From IMG/VR virus record IMGVR_UViG_3300016471_000749, positions 1-48,713 of that record: a stretch of DNA of 48,713 nucleotides; one strand, written 5' to 3'. The DNA is from a virus. Lineage: Duplodnaviria > Caudoviricetes. Both the position numbers and the translations under genes were made by a program. The notes under the pieces are model-generated. The model did no database searches and was not told where the DNA came from. It was given only the letters and a program-made list of their open reading frames with translations. Positions 1 through 7,276 of this stretch are shown here, piece after piece. How positions within the stretch are numbered: the stretch's first letter is position 1; each line of letters opens with the position of its first letter.

Positions 1-23
1 ATCCTCCTTTAAACGATCCCGTA

Positions 24-52
24 TTGACACTGGCCTATATATACTATATAAT
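24..52 (+). promoter_or_regulatory. sigma70-type early promoter
   Basis: TTGACA (24-29), 17 bp spacer, TATAAT (47-52): perfect consensus upstream of the first + strand ORFs. Confidence 0.85.
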
Positions 53-72
53 CGTTCTATAATGCTTTATCA

Positions 73-124
73 ATAGAAAACTTTGTACAGAAATTTTGAT
101 AGAAATTTGAGATAGAAATTTTAG
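73..124 (+). repeat. four imperfect tandem 12-14 bp repeats, consensus ATAGAAATTTTG
   Basis: ATAGAAAACTTTG (73-85), ACAGAAATTTTG (87-98), ATAGAAATTTGAG (99-111), ATAGAAATTTTAG (112-124), lying between the promoter and the first ORF. Confidence 0.65.
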
Positions 125-131
125 GTGAAAA

Positions 132-314
132 ATGAGATTTACCCAATATAAGCTACATACCCATCCAGATCGTTACTGGCAATATCCCCCTCAGGAATCC
201 TCCCTTCCCATACCTCCACTATGGTCTACAGATCCGTACTATTCCGATCTAAAGGGAAGCCTTCAATTCTTCACTCATTTATACTATACACAATGGTTCT
301 CTTATATACACTGA
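132..314 (+). CDS. hypothetical protein (60 aa, Tyr/Pro-rich)
   Basis: First ORF after a consensus promoter; AGGTG RBS-like sequence upstream; no recognised motif. Confidence 0.45.
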   Translation: MRFTQYKLHTHPDRYWQYPPQESSLPIPPLWSTDPYYSDLKGSLQFFTHLYYTQWFSYIH

Positions 315-424
315 TACTTGTGATGTCCATACTCTTACTGGCAATGAACAATCTATTATTACTCATTGTCGGTACTATACTTTCTATACTGATTATGACC
401 TTTGAGGAGTTACTATGCTCATAG
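293..424 (+). CDS. small hydrophobic (membrane) protein, ~43 aa
   Basis: MVLLYTLILVMSILLLAMNNLLLLIVGTILSILIMTFEELLCS; overlaps the Nudix start; true start uncertain (ORF track gives 221). Confidence 0.4.
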   Translation: MVLLYTLILVMSILLLAMNNLLLLIVGTILSILIMTFEELLCS

Positions 425-885
425 AAAGAGATCTATATAAGAAGATCACAGAGAATCTTCCCCTTCAATGTGTCGATGTCATGGTTCGATACCAGGGGAA
501 GTACGTACTCATTAAGAGGACTGATGAACCGATGCGGGGTGTGTACTGGGTCATCGGGGGTCGGCTTCATAAGAACGAGAAGTTGCGAGACTGTGCATTG
601 AGGAAATTGACTGAAGAGCTCTGCAGTATCTCGAGCATCGATGTCGATTCGTTACGTCTCGTTGGTGTGTACGAGGATGTGTACGACTTCTCTCAGTTCG
701 GATACTGCCCGACTGGTTACCATACCAATGCGATTGTGTTCGAGGTAGAGTTGCTTGATCTCGACTCGATCAAGCTTGATAGGACCTCGGAGGATTGGGG
801 ACTGTTCGATACCCTCCCTGAGAGATTCCGAGTACAGTATCCGGAGAAGAAAAGGGGGGTGTTCTATGAACCCGGATGGAACTGA
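415..885 (+). CDS. Nudix hydrolase, GDP-mannose mannosyl hydrolase-like
   Basis: Modified Nudix box GGRLHKNEKLRDCALRKLTEE; N-terminal LPLQCVDV and W-x-x-GGR pattern typical of Gmm/NudD; GAGGAG RBS. Confidence 0.75.
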   Translation: MLIERDLYKKITENLPLQCVDVMVRYQGKYVLIKRTDEPMRGVYWVIGGRLHKNEKLRDCALRKLTEELCSISSIDVDSLRLVGVYEDVYDFSQFGYCPTGYHTNAIVFEVELLDLDSIKLDRTSEDWGLFDTLPERFRVQYPEKKRGVFYEPGWN

Positions 886-1090
886 TACCGTGAAGAAGGT
901 ACTGATCGTTATCGTGGGTATCGCATTGCTGCTGGCTATCGTTGTTTTTACTCCCTTGATAACGATCTGGTCGTTGAACACCCTGTTCAACCTGGGGATC
1001 GATTATACGATATGGACCTGGGCTGCTACCGTATGGCTCGGTATGGTTACCTTCGGGGGATTGGCAGCTAATGTACGGAATAAGGAATGA
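866..1090 (+). CDS. small membrane protein (74 aa)
   Basis: ATG at 866 after a G-rich RBS; hydrophobic segments; PLITIWSLNTLF...YTIWTW pattern. Confidence 0.7.
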   Translation: MNPDGTDTVKKVLIVIVGIALLLAIVVFTPLITIWSLNTLFNLGIDYTIWTWAATVWLGMVTFGGLAANVRNKE

Positions 1091-1138
1091 TGTAAACTGG
1101 CCGGCCGTTTCTGGGCCGAGTAAATTAAGGAGAGAAAG

Positions 1139-1303
1139 ATGGCAGATGTAAAAACAAATAATCCGAATACGACGAAGACCGGGAAACCGAAATACCAATC
1201 TAAGTCCCTCGAAGAACTACAGCGTTTGCGCGAGAATGCGAGACCGAAGGTCATCCCTCGTATCAATAACGCGATCGCGAAGAAGGCTGGGCGAGGAAGA
1301 TGA
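1139..1303 (+). CDS. small basic hypothetical protein (54 aa; not in the ORF track)
   Basis: AAGGAG RBS; MADVKTNNPNTTKTGKPKYQSKSLEELQRLRENARPKVIPRINNAIAKKAGRGR*; ATGA overlap with the next gene. Confidence 0.7.
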   Translation: MADVKTNNPNTTKTGKPKYQSKSLEELQRLRENARPKVIPRINNAIAKKAGRGR

Positions 1304-1509
1304 CCGAAGAGCAGAAGTTGGATAACTTCTGCAGAAAACTCGATAACCTAGATTATGAATGCATGTCTAGGGCGGATGAGGGATTATACTCGATCGCCCT
1401 GTTCATAAAGATACGCGAGATAATGAATCGAAATCTGACCAAGGAACAGAGATTAATAGTCATATCCAAATTACTCAATGAGATTTCAGATGAAACCGAT
1501 GCGCGATGA
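1300..1509 (+). CDS. hypothetical protein
   Basis: GAGG RBS, ATGA-coupled to the upstream ORF. Confidence 0.65.
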   Translation: MTEEQKLDNFCRKLDNLDYECMSRADEGLYSIALFIKIREIMNRNLTKEQRLIVISKLLNEISDETDAR

Positions 1510-1888
1510 TATGATGGTTCAAGAACAGGTCCGAGGACCATGGCAGCACATGGTCGGGGTCATATGCTTGAATCTTACTAATAGAAAGCAGGTGAAGCGA
1601 GTACTACCAAGATTCTTTAAGAAGTGGCCGACACCTCATCGACTACTCTCCTCATCCATCTCAGAGATCGAGAAGGAGATCGAAGAACTCGGTATGCAGA
1701 AGACGAGGGCGAATAGGATTTATAGGATGTCTGAACAGTTCCTTTCGTGGAAAGGTATCAATGCCCGTGAACTATATGGTATCGGAGAGTATGGTTCAGA
1801 CTCCTATGAGATATTTTTCAAACAAAATTATACGATCAAGCCGAAGGACAAGGAGCTGAAGGCTTATCTAAAGAGGATACTAGTATGA
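1490..1888 (+). CDS. MBD4-like HhH-GPD DNA glycosylase (G:T/G:U mismatch type)
   Basis: PWQHMVGVICLN.T, LGM...RA, HhH motif ELYGIGEYGSDSY and PKDKEL (putative catalytic Asp) mirror the MBD4 catalytic domain. Confidence 0.8.
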   Translation: MKPMRDDMMVQEQVRGPWQHMVGVICLNLTNRKQVKRVLPRFFKKWPTPHRLLSSSISEIEKEIEELGMQKTRANRIYRMSEQFLSWKGINARELYGIGEYGSDSYEIFFKQNYTIKPKDKELKAYLKRILV

Positions 1889-2979
1889 GTGTTATATACA
1901 ACATGCCACCGCAGAATGACTTGCCAAGGTTGATTCAAGCTGCCAACGGCGTATCGAATAATATTTCTCAAGCGATCGCCCATACGAGCGGTGCTTCACA
2001 GGCAGATGTTCTATATGATATGTGTCGATTGAAGAATCAACGTAACAGGCATCTTCGAGAGACTTTTAAATTCAAGAAGATCTATCTCACAGATCATATC
2101 TTTCATGCGGTCGATCTGAAACCAGGCATGGAGTTCTTTAATATCAAGGATAGGGCAGAACCGTTCGAGGATGGATCCATTGTTATCTTCAGTAACAATA
2201 ACGTTATGGTGGATAATAATCTGAGTAAGTACTTCAGTATGTACTTCGCATCCCCGGGTGCGATCTTTGTCGTCTGGGACTTTGACAATCACCATTGGTT
2301 CGCATTATCATCCATGCTCGCAGCCGCATCTGATTTCTATGTCCCGACCCATTCTGACAATCTGGAACCTTTGTCCAGATATAATAATGTTATGATGGGC
2401 CCGGTTGGATCGGGTGTTATCCAATGGAGCAAACAATACCTGCGAGATCATTATGATCTAATCATTGGAACCGAAAGGGTAGATGAACCCCTCGGTACTC
2501 ATATCGAATATCCTCAGTTTCCATATCGAAATAAAAATCTAAAAATATTAAACAGGACTTTGCCTTCGGTGAAACTTGTGGATGGATCGTATCATTCGAG
2601 AGACATGCTAGATCGTTTCAAGGAATGGTGTTCGCATAAAGTCCATTGGATCGTGCCAGTTTTGAATGATGCTCCTATTCGAGTATTTGATGCCTTGATT
2701 ACCGGCGGCATTCCAATCATACCTAGATCACTCAAATACCACAGGGATATTCAACATTTACATGAACATATCCTTTTCTATGATTACGAGGATATTCAAA
2801 ATCCCTTGACACTGACGCAATTAGGTGTTAAAATGTTCAATGAAGGTGGCGAGGAAAGAATCAAACGACGCCATCAGATAGCAATCGACACTTACCATGT
2901 CGATGAACGCGTGAGAACTATTTTAAAGGGATTAGATGATGAGTTTCGAATGGGATTATCAAGCACCAACTTGGTATGA
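1885..2979 (+). CDS. putative glycosyltransferase-like protein (GT-B-type C-terminus)
   Basis: WDFDNHHW motif and C-terminal DAPIRVFDALITGGIPI...H.V..RV resemble Glyco_trans_1_2/exostosin-like C-termini; ATGA-coupled to the glycosylase. Confidence 0.5.
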   Translation: MSVIYNMPPQNDLPRLIQAANGVSNNISQAIAHTSGASQADVLYDMCRLKNQRNRHLRETFKFKKIYLTDHIFHAVDLKPGMEFFNIKDRAEPFEDGSIVIFSNNNVMVDNNLSKYFSMYFASPGAIFVVWDFDNHHWFALSSMLAAASDFYVPTHSDNLEPLSRYNNVMMGPVGSGVIQWSKQYLRDHYDLIIGTERVDEPLGTHIEYPQFPYRNKNLKILNRTLPSVKLVDGSYHSRDMLDRFKEWCSHKVHWIVPVLNDAPIRVFDALITGGIPIIPRSLKYHRDIQHLHEHILFYDYEDIQNPLTLTQLGVKMFNEGGEERIKRRHQIAIDTYHVDERVRTILKGLDDEFRMGLSSTNLV

Positions 2980-3253
2980 AACTGCAGATGATAAGGAACG
3001 TAAACATTTCCGAAATTGGCTACGAGGCTTACTAAAGACGGAACGTGTAGAGTTGACTTTCAAAAAGAAAGATGGTACTATTAGGGTGATGAAATGCACC
3101 CTGTTAGAATCTGAACTACCCGAAACGGAACAAGGCAAGGATCCTCGTAAAGAAAACGAGGAGTCCATGCCGGTATTTGATCTTGATAAAAAAGAATGGC
3201 GAGCATTTCGTTTTGATTCTGTCAAGCAGATTAATTTTACCCTAGGAAAATAA
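2936..3253 (+). CDS. stand-alone WYL/SH3-like beta-barrel protein
   Basis: VELTFKKKDGTIRVMKCTL...VFDLDKKEWRAFRFDSV, the hallmark of phage WYL_2-type proteins. Confidence 0.8.
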   Translation: MMSFEWDYQAPTWYETADDKERKHFRNWLRGLLKTERVELTFKKKDGTIRVMKCTLLESELPETEQGKDPRKENEESMPVFDLDKKEWRAFRFDSVKQINFTLGK

Positions 3254-4374
3254 TGGCGACGAAACGACAGCATGAATTGAGATCTCTTGTGGGCGGTGAA
3301 CCGAATCCCGCCACATTGAATCCCGCATCTGAGGATTATATATCTTCATTCATGCATCTGACTAATTGGTATTCATATGAGAAGGGCAGGAAAGATGCTT
3401 ATAAGTATCATACCGAATATATCAAGAAGTATAGACCACAAGATCAGAAGATGTTCCTCGTTGTGGAGGAATCTGATATTAATACTACTTTTGGTTGGAT
3501 CTGCCGCATCGTCTGTCGAGGGGGACAGTTATCTTCCGACTATCAGATCCGGCTATCCAACTATCTAGATAATCTGTTAGAGCTTGGGCGGAATCGTGTT
3601 AGGGCGAACTCTGCAGTGGCCGCACCGATCTTCTCCCCGAAGCAGAACATCATCTCGATTCAAGAAGCAACATTACAGAAAGCTCAGGAGTTCGTTGGAG
3701 AACTAGAAGCGGAAATGGATGACGTATACTTTGGAGATAAAGAATTCAATCTTTATAACTTCATGAAAGCTAGACAGATCCCTACAGCATATGTTAATGT
3801 GATTCGCTCATGGGCATCAGATAAGTTAACAGAATATCTAGAAGTTTCCAAAGGCAATGATCCTCAGTTGAAAGAAGGTTACTCTAATTTTAACAAGAGA
3901 AAGATAACTGCTTTAACAAAGATGTTCACAGCTTTCATTGAGGATTGTGATAGGTATTCTACATTTAAGAAAGCGAATCGAAAGCCGAGGATGGCAAAGG
4001 AGAAGACTCCGAGCCAACAGGTCAAATCCATTAAGTATAAAACTGAGGACACAGAACTTAATCTGAAGTCTTTGCCGCCGGCAGAGATAATCGGTGCCTC
4101 TCAAGTATGGTTATATAATACAAAGACCAAGAAACTTTCTAAGTATGTTTCGGATTCTACAAAGGGGATCCAAGCAAAAGGCAGTGCCATTCAGAATTGG
4201 GATCCAGAACAATCTAAGCAGAAGACTTTGCGTAAACCCGCAGAAACAATCAAGCTTCTTATGGAAAGCGGCAAAATTAAATTGAGAAACTTTCTAGAAG
4301 ATATTAAAACTAAGGAACAGAGTGTTAATGGTAGGATAAATATTGATACCATCATTCTCAAAATCCTGAGGTAA
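3253..4374 (+). CDS. conserved T4-like phage hypothetical protein
   Basis: DPQLKEGYS, IIGASQVWLYNTKTKKL, S.QKTLRKP and NGRIN..TIILK motifs recalled from T4-like phage core hypotheticals. Confidence 0.75.
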   Translation: MATKRQHELRSLVGGEPNPATLNPASEDYISSFMHLTNWYSYEKGRKDAYKYHTEYIKKYRPQDQKMFLVVEESDINTTFGWICRIVCRGGQLSSDYQIRLSNYLDNLLELGRNRVRANSAVAAPIFSPKQNIISIQEATLQKAQEFVGELEAEMDDVYFGDKEFNLYNFMKARQIPTAYVNVIRSWASDKLTEYLEVSKGNDPQLKEGYSNFNKRKITALTKMFTAFIEDCDRYSTFKKANRKPRMAKEKTPSQQVKSIKYKTEDTELNLKSLPPAEIIGASQVWLYNTKTKKLSKYVSDSTKGIQAKGSAIQNWDPEQSKQKTLRKPAETIKLLMESGKIKLRNFLEDIKTKEQSVNGRINIDTIILKILR

Positions 4375-4376
4375 TT

Positions 4377-5339
4377 ATGTCTTTCCTAAAACTTTCTTGG
4401 TGCCAACTGATAAGAATCATACTATCGCAGATAGGAGGCAACCCATTGCAACAGATGTATTCTCAGTTGAATCAGGGTTTGGCTACCATGTCTCCAAGAT
4501 CGGGTATTATACCTAAAGAATTAACCGAGATAAAACAATTAATAGAACAAGTAACTTCTGCCATTCAAACCGCACAAACAACGGCTAATGATTTTACCGA
4601 TACTTTAGATAGAATAACAAATCAATTTTTTCAAAATCCTGTGGGTAGTATTAGTTCTGCAACTATGATTTCCGCAAACACTAGGATATCTGCTATTAAT
4701 ACTTTACTAGCTACCGAATCTGACTCTCAAATAATAGCATCGTTGACTGAGGAAAGAACAGCATTATCAAATACTGTGACATTCTTATCGTCATTTAAAA
4801 ATAATACTGATAGATTATCTGGTGTGTCTCCTATAACTAATGGTGGTGCTGGAGGTTGTTCTCTACAAGATTTATTAGGAAGTGGTTGTGCGCCAAACAA
4901 TGATGTGCCGGATATAGATTTGCAAAATCTATTAGATTCATTAAAACAAGGTGATGCCATTGCCGCAATAAAACAAAATATAGAGAATGCTAGCGGAGTT
5001 TCAAATTTAAAACAATCTTTATCATCTTTTAATACGACTATTAGTGGATTCAATGCATCTTTTACCGCATCAATAACTAAAGCATCGATACGCAATGCAG
5101 TATCTTCTCAAGTTACACAGATAGCATTTAATTTACTAAGCGGTTGCGGTAATCAAGTATTTGATTTAACATTGAAATCTAATGTTAAAGGTAAAGTTGC
5201 AGCATGGGCAGCTTTACTAGAAAAAGAAAGATCGGGTGAAATAACATATGGCCCAGATGGTGAAGCATTTAGTTATAACAGTCCAATATACTCACCGATA
5301 TCTTCAAATGCCATCATCTATACAAATTTAACAGGATAA
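4377..5339 (+). CDS. hypothetical helical protein (Ser/Thr/Asn-rich, possibly virion-associated)
   Basis: 320 aa ORF, GAGG RBS, heptad-like helices; no family recognised. Confidence 0.7.
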   Translation: MSFLKLSWCQLIRIILSQIGGNPLQQMYSQLNQGLATMSPRSGIIPKELTEIKQLIEQVTSAIQTAQTTANDFTDTLDRITNQFFQNPVGSISSATMISANTRISAINTLLATESDSQIIASLTEERTALSNTVTFLSSFKNNTDRLSGVSPITNGGAGGCSLQDLLGSGCAPNNDVPDIDLQNLLDSLKQGDAIAAIKQNIENASGVSNLKQSLSSFNTTISGFNASFTASITKASIRNAVSSQVTQIAFNLLSGCGNQVFDLTLKSNVKGKVAAWAALLEKERSGEITYGPDGEAFSYNSPIYSPISSNAIIYTNLTG

Positions 5340-5342
5340 AAT

Positions 5343-6224
5343 ATGATAGTTGTTGATTACAATCAAACAGCAATTTCTAATCTAATGGCTGAGATTGGAA
5401 ATCGAACTGATGTTGAAATACAATTGCCACTTCTTCGCCATATGATTGTTAATTCTATACGAGGCTACAAACAAAAGTTTGGTAAAGAATTCGGAGATAT
5501 AATTATAGCATGTGATAATCAAAGATATTGGCGCAGAGATTACTTCCCGCTATACAAGGCAGGCAGGAAAAAGGCGAGAGAAGAATCGGGATTTGACTGG
5601 AAAGTTATATTCGAAGCTCTTAGTCAGATACGAGCAGAATTGGATGTGTTCTTTCCATACAAAGTTGTCAATGTGGATGGAGCAGAGGCAGATGATGTAA
5701 TTGCAGCCTTGGCTAAATGGTCACAAACAAATGATACTTCTAACTTAATATTTGAAGAACCCAGACCCTTTCTAATAATTTCGGGTGATCACGATTTTAT
5801 TCAGTTGCACAAATATGAAAACGTGAAACAATATTCCCCCATTCAAAAGAAATATGTTAGATCTGAAGAAAGCCCAGAGAGATATGTATTTGAACATATT
5901 ATCAAAGGAGACAAAGGTGATGGTATACCTAATGTACTTTCTGCAGATGATAGTATAATTAATGGCATTAGACAAAAACCCATCTCTTCTAAAAAAATAG
6001 AATTGTGGTATAAGGATTATGATGAAATGCCCTCTGATGCAGATTTCAAAAGAAACTACGAAAGAAATAGAACATTAATTAATTTCGAATGTATACCTGA
6101 TGAAATATATGAATCTATCATAAATAACTATGAATCAAAACCACTTAAAGATAAAAGTAAATTACTCGACTTTTTTGTTGAACATAAAATGAAAAATATG
6201 CTTGAAGTTATAGAGGAATTCTAA
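5343..6224 (+). CDS. rnh: T4-type RNase H (5'-3' exonuclease)
   Basis: YWRRDYFPLYKAGRKK, EADDVIA, SGDHDFIQL, GDKGDGIPNVLS motifs. Confidence 0.95.
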   Translation: MIVVDYNQTAISNLMAEIGNRTDVEIQLPLLRHMIVNSIRGYKQKFGKEFGDIIIACDNQRYWRRDYFPLYKAGRKKAREESGFDWKVIFEALSQIRAELDVFFPYKVVNVDGAEADDVIAALAKWSQTNDTSNLIFEEPRPFLIISGDHDFIQLHKYENVKQYSPIQKKYVRSEESPERYVFEHIIKGDKGDGIPNVLSADDSIINGIRQKPISSKKIELWYKDYDEMPSDADFKRNYERNRTLINFECIPDEIYESIINNYESKPLKDKSKLLDFFVEHKMKNMLEVIEEF

Positions 6225-6715
6225 TGAGAACAACAATACCACAAATCTTAGATGAAGTTGAAAGAGCTTCTTCCAAAGAAACTAAAATTAAAATGCTTCG
6301 GGCATATGATCATCCAATCTTGCGCGCAATACTAAAGATAAACTATGATCCTAGTGTGTCAGTTTATCTTCCGGAGGGGGAACCTCCTTATAAAAAGGAT
6401 AAAGAAATTCCTATAGGATATTCCGAAACCAATCTATTCGCAGAATTTAGAAGATTTTATATTTGGACAGATCCTAATGTAAATATAACTAAAATTAGAA
6501 AAGAACAATTATTCATTCAGTTTCTGGAAGGCATACATTGGACAGAAGCCGAAGTAATTTGTTTGGCAAAAGATCGGAAACTTCAAACAAAGTTTAAATC
6601 CGTCAAGGAAGATCTAATAAGGGAAGCATATCCCGATCTTTTGCCGGCAGTATCTGAAGTCAAGAAGGAGCCAAAAGTAAAAAAGGTCAAGGCTTCTTTA
6701 GACGCATCCTCCTAG
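6224..6715 (+). CDS. conserved T4-like hypothetical protein (after rnh); possible -1 frameshift extension to 6843
   Basis: LPEGEPPY, R.EQLFIQFLEGIH..EA motifs; A_AAA_AAG slippery site near the 3' end. Confidence 0.85.
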   Translation: MRTTIPQILDEVERASSKETKIKMLRAYDHPILRAILKINYDPSVSVYLPEGEPPYKKDKEIPIGYSETNLFAEFRRFYIWTDPNVNITKIRKEQLFIQFLEGIHWTEAEVICLAKDRKLQTKFKSVKEDLIREAYPDLLPAVSEVKKEPKVKKVKASLDASS

Positions 6716-6729
6716 GCTTTAAAAGAAGC
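6665..6729 (+). promoter_or_regulatory. candidate -1 programmed ribosomal frameshift signal
   Basis: AAGGAG (6665-6670); in-phase A_AAA_AAG (6679-6685); 6 nt spacer; stem GCTTCTTT (6692-6699) / AAAGAAGC (6722-6729); -1 frame open to TGA at 6841-6843. Confidence 0.7.
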
Positions 6730-6829
6730 GAATCTGTTGAAGAAAAAGAAATTTGGTCAGATGTAGGATCTATACCCGAAGATCCCGTGTACGATAGCAG
6801 AGTTTTTAACCATCATCGTTACAGAGCAT

Positions 6830-6858
6830 TTGACAAATATTGAATTAGCATTTATAAT
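6830..6858 (+). promoter_or_regulatory. sigma70-type early promoter
   Basis: TTGACA (6830-6835), 17 bp, TATAAT (6853-6858), followed by AGGAG RBS and ATG at 6884. Confidence 0.85.
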
Positions 6859-6883
6859 TATATTATGTACTTAGGAGATTCTC

Positions 6884-7276
6884 ATGACTATGCATCTAAT
6901 TGGTCCTTGGTTGTCTACGACAGGTAAGAAAAAAGGTAAAATGAAATGGCGTTCTGCAGAACAGAAACGCGAAGCAGAACGATTAGAAGCAGAATGGCAG
7001 AAACTTGTAAACAAACATGCCTCGGTGGCTGAGAGGTCCAAAGCAACAGTCTGCAAAACTGTAAAACCGCAGGTTCAAATCCTGCCCGAGGCTCCAAGAT
7101 CTACTGCACATATTCCTAGTAAAGATACTGGAATTAAGGGTGCGGTCACAATTAAGCAAACTCCAAAATATACAGGCACTAAAATTTTAGGCATTGGTAC
7201 TATGCACAAGTCTAATGCTGTCCCCGTCTTTAGTGACGACGAAGCAAAAGATATTTCTACGATGAGGCGCAATTAA
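6884..7276 (+). CDS. conserved phage hypothetical protein carrying a nested tRNA
   Basis: Own promoter and AGGAG RBS; C-terminus YTGTKILGIGTMHKSNAVPVF...AKDISTMRR recognised from a T4-like phage hypothetical family. Confidence 0.8.
   Translation: MTMHLIGPWLSTTGKKKGKMKWRSAEQKREAERLEAEWQKLVNKHASVAERSKATVCKTVKPQVQILPEAPRSTAHIPSKDTGIKGAVTIKQTPKYTGTKILGIGTMHKSNAVPVFSDDEAKDISTMRRN
7019..7096 (+). tRNA. tRNA-Cys (GCA) with encoded CCA
   Basis: Acceptor GCCTCGG/CCGAGGC; discriminator U73 followed by CCA; D arm GCT-GAGAGGTCCAA-AGC; anticodon arm ACAGT-CTGCAAA-ACTGT; T arm GCAGG-TTCAAAT-CCTGC. Confidence 0.92.

Noticed and set aside
1096-1121. GC-rich imperfect inverted repeat between small ORFs
   Set aside because: Pairing is irregular and there is no U tract, so it cannot be called a terminator.
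6915-7097. Minus-strand ORFs MEPRAGFEPAVLQFCRLL... and 6871-7056
   Set aside because: Typical antisense shadow translation of a tRNA gene; no RBS, and opposite to the operon direction.
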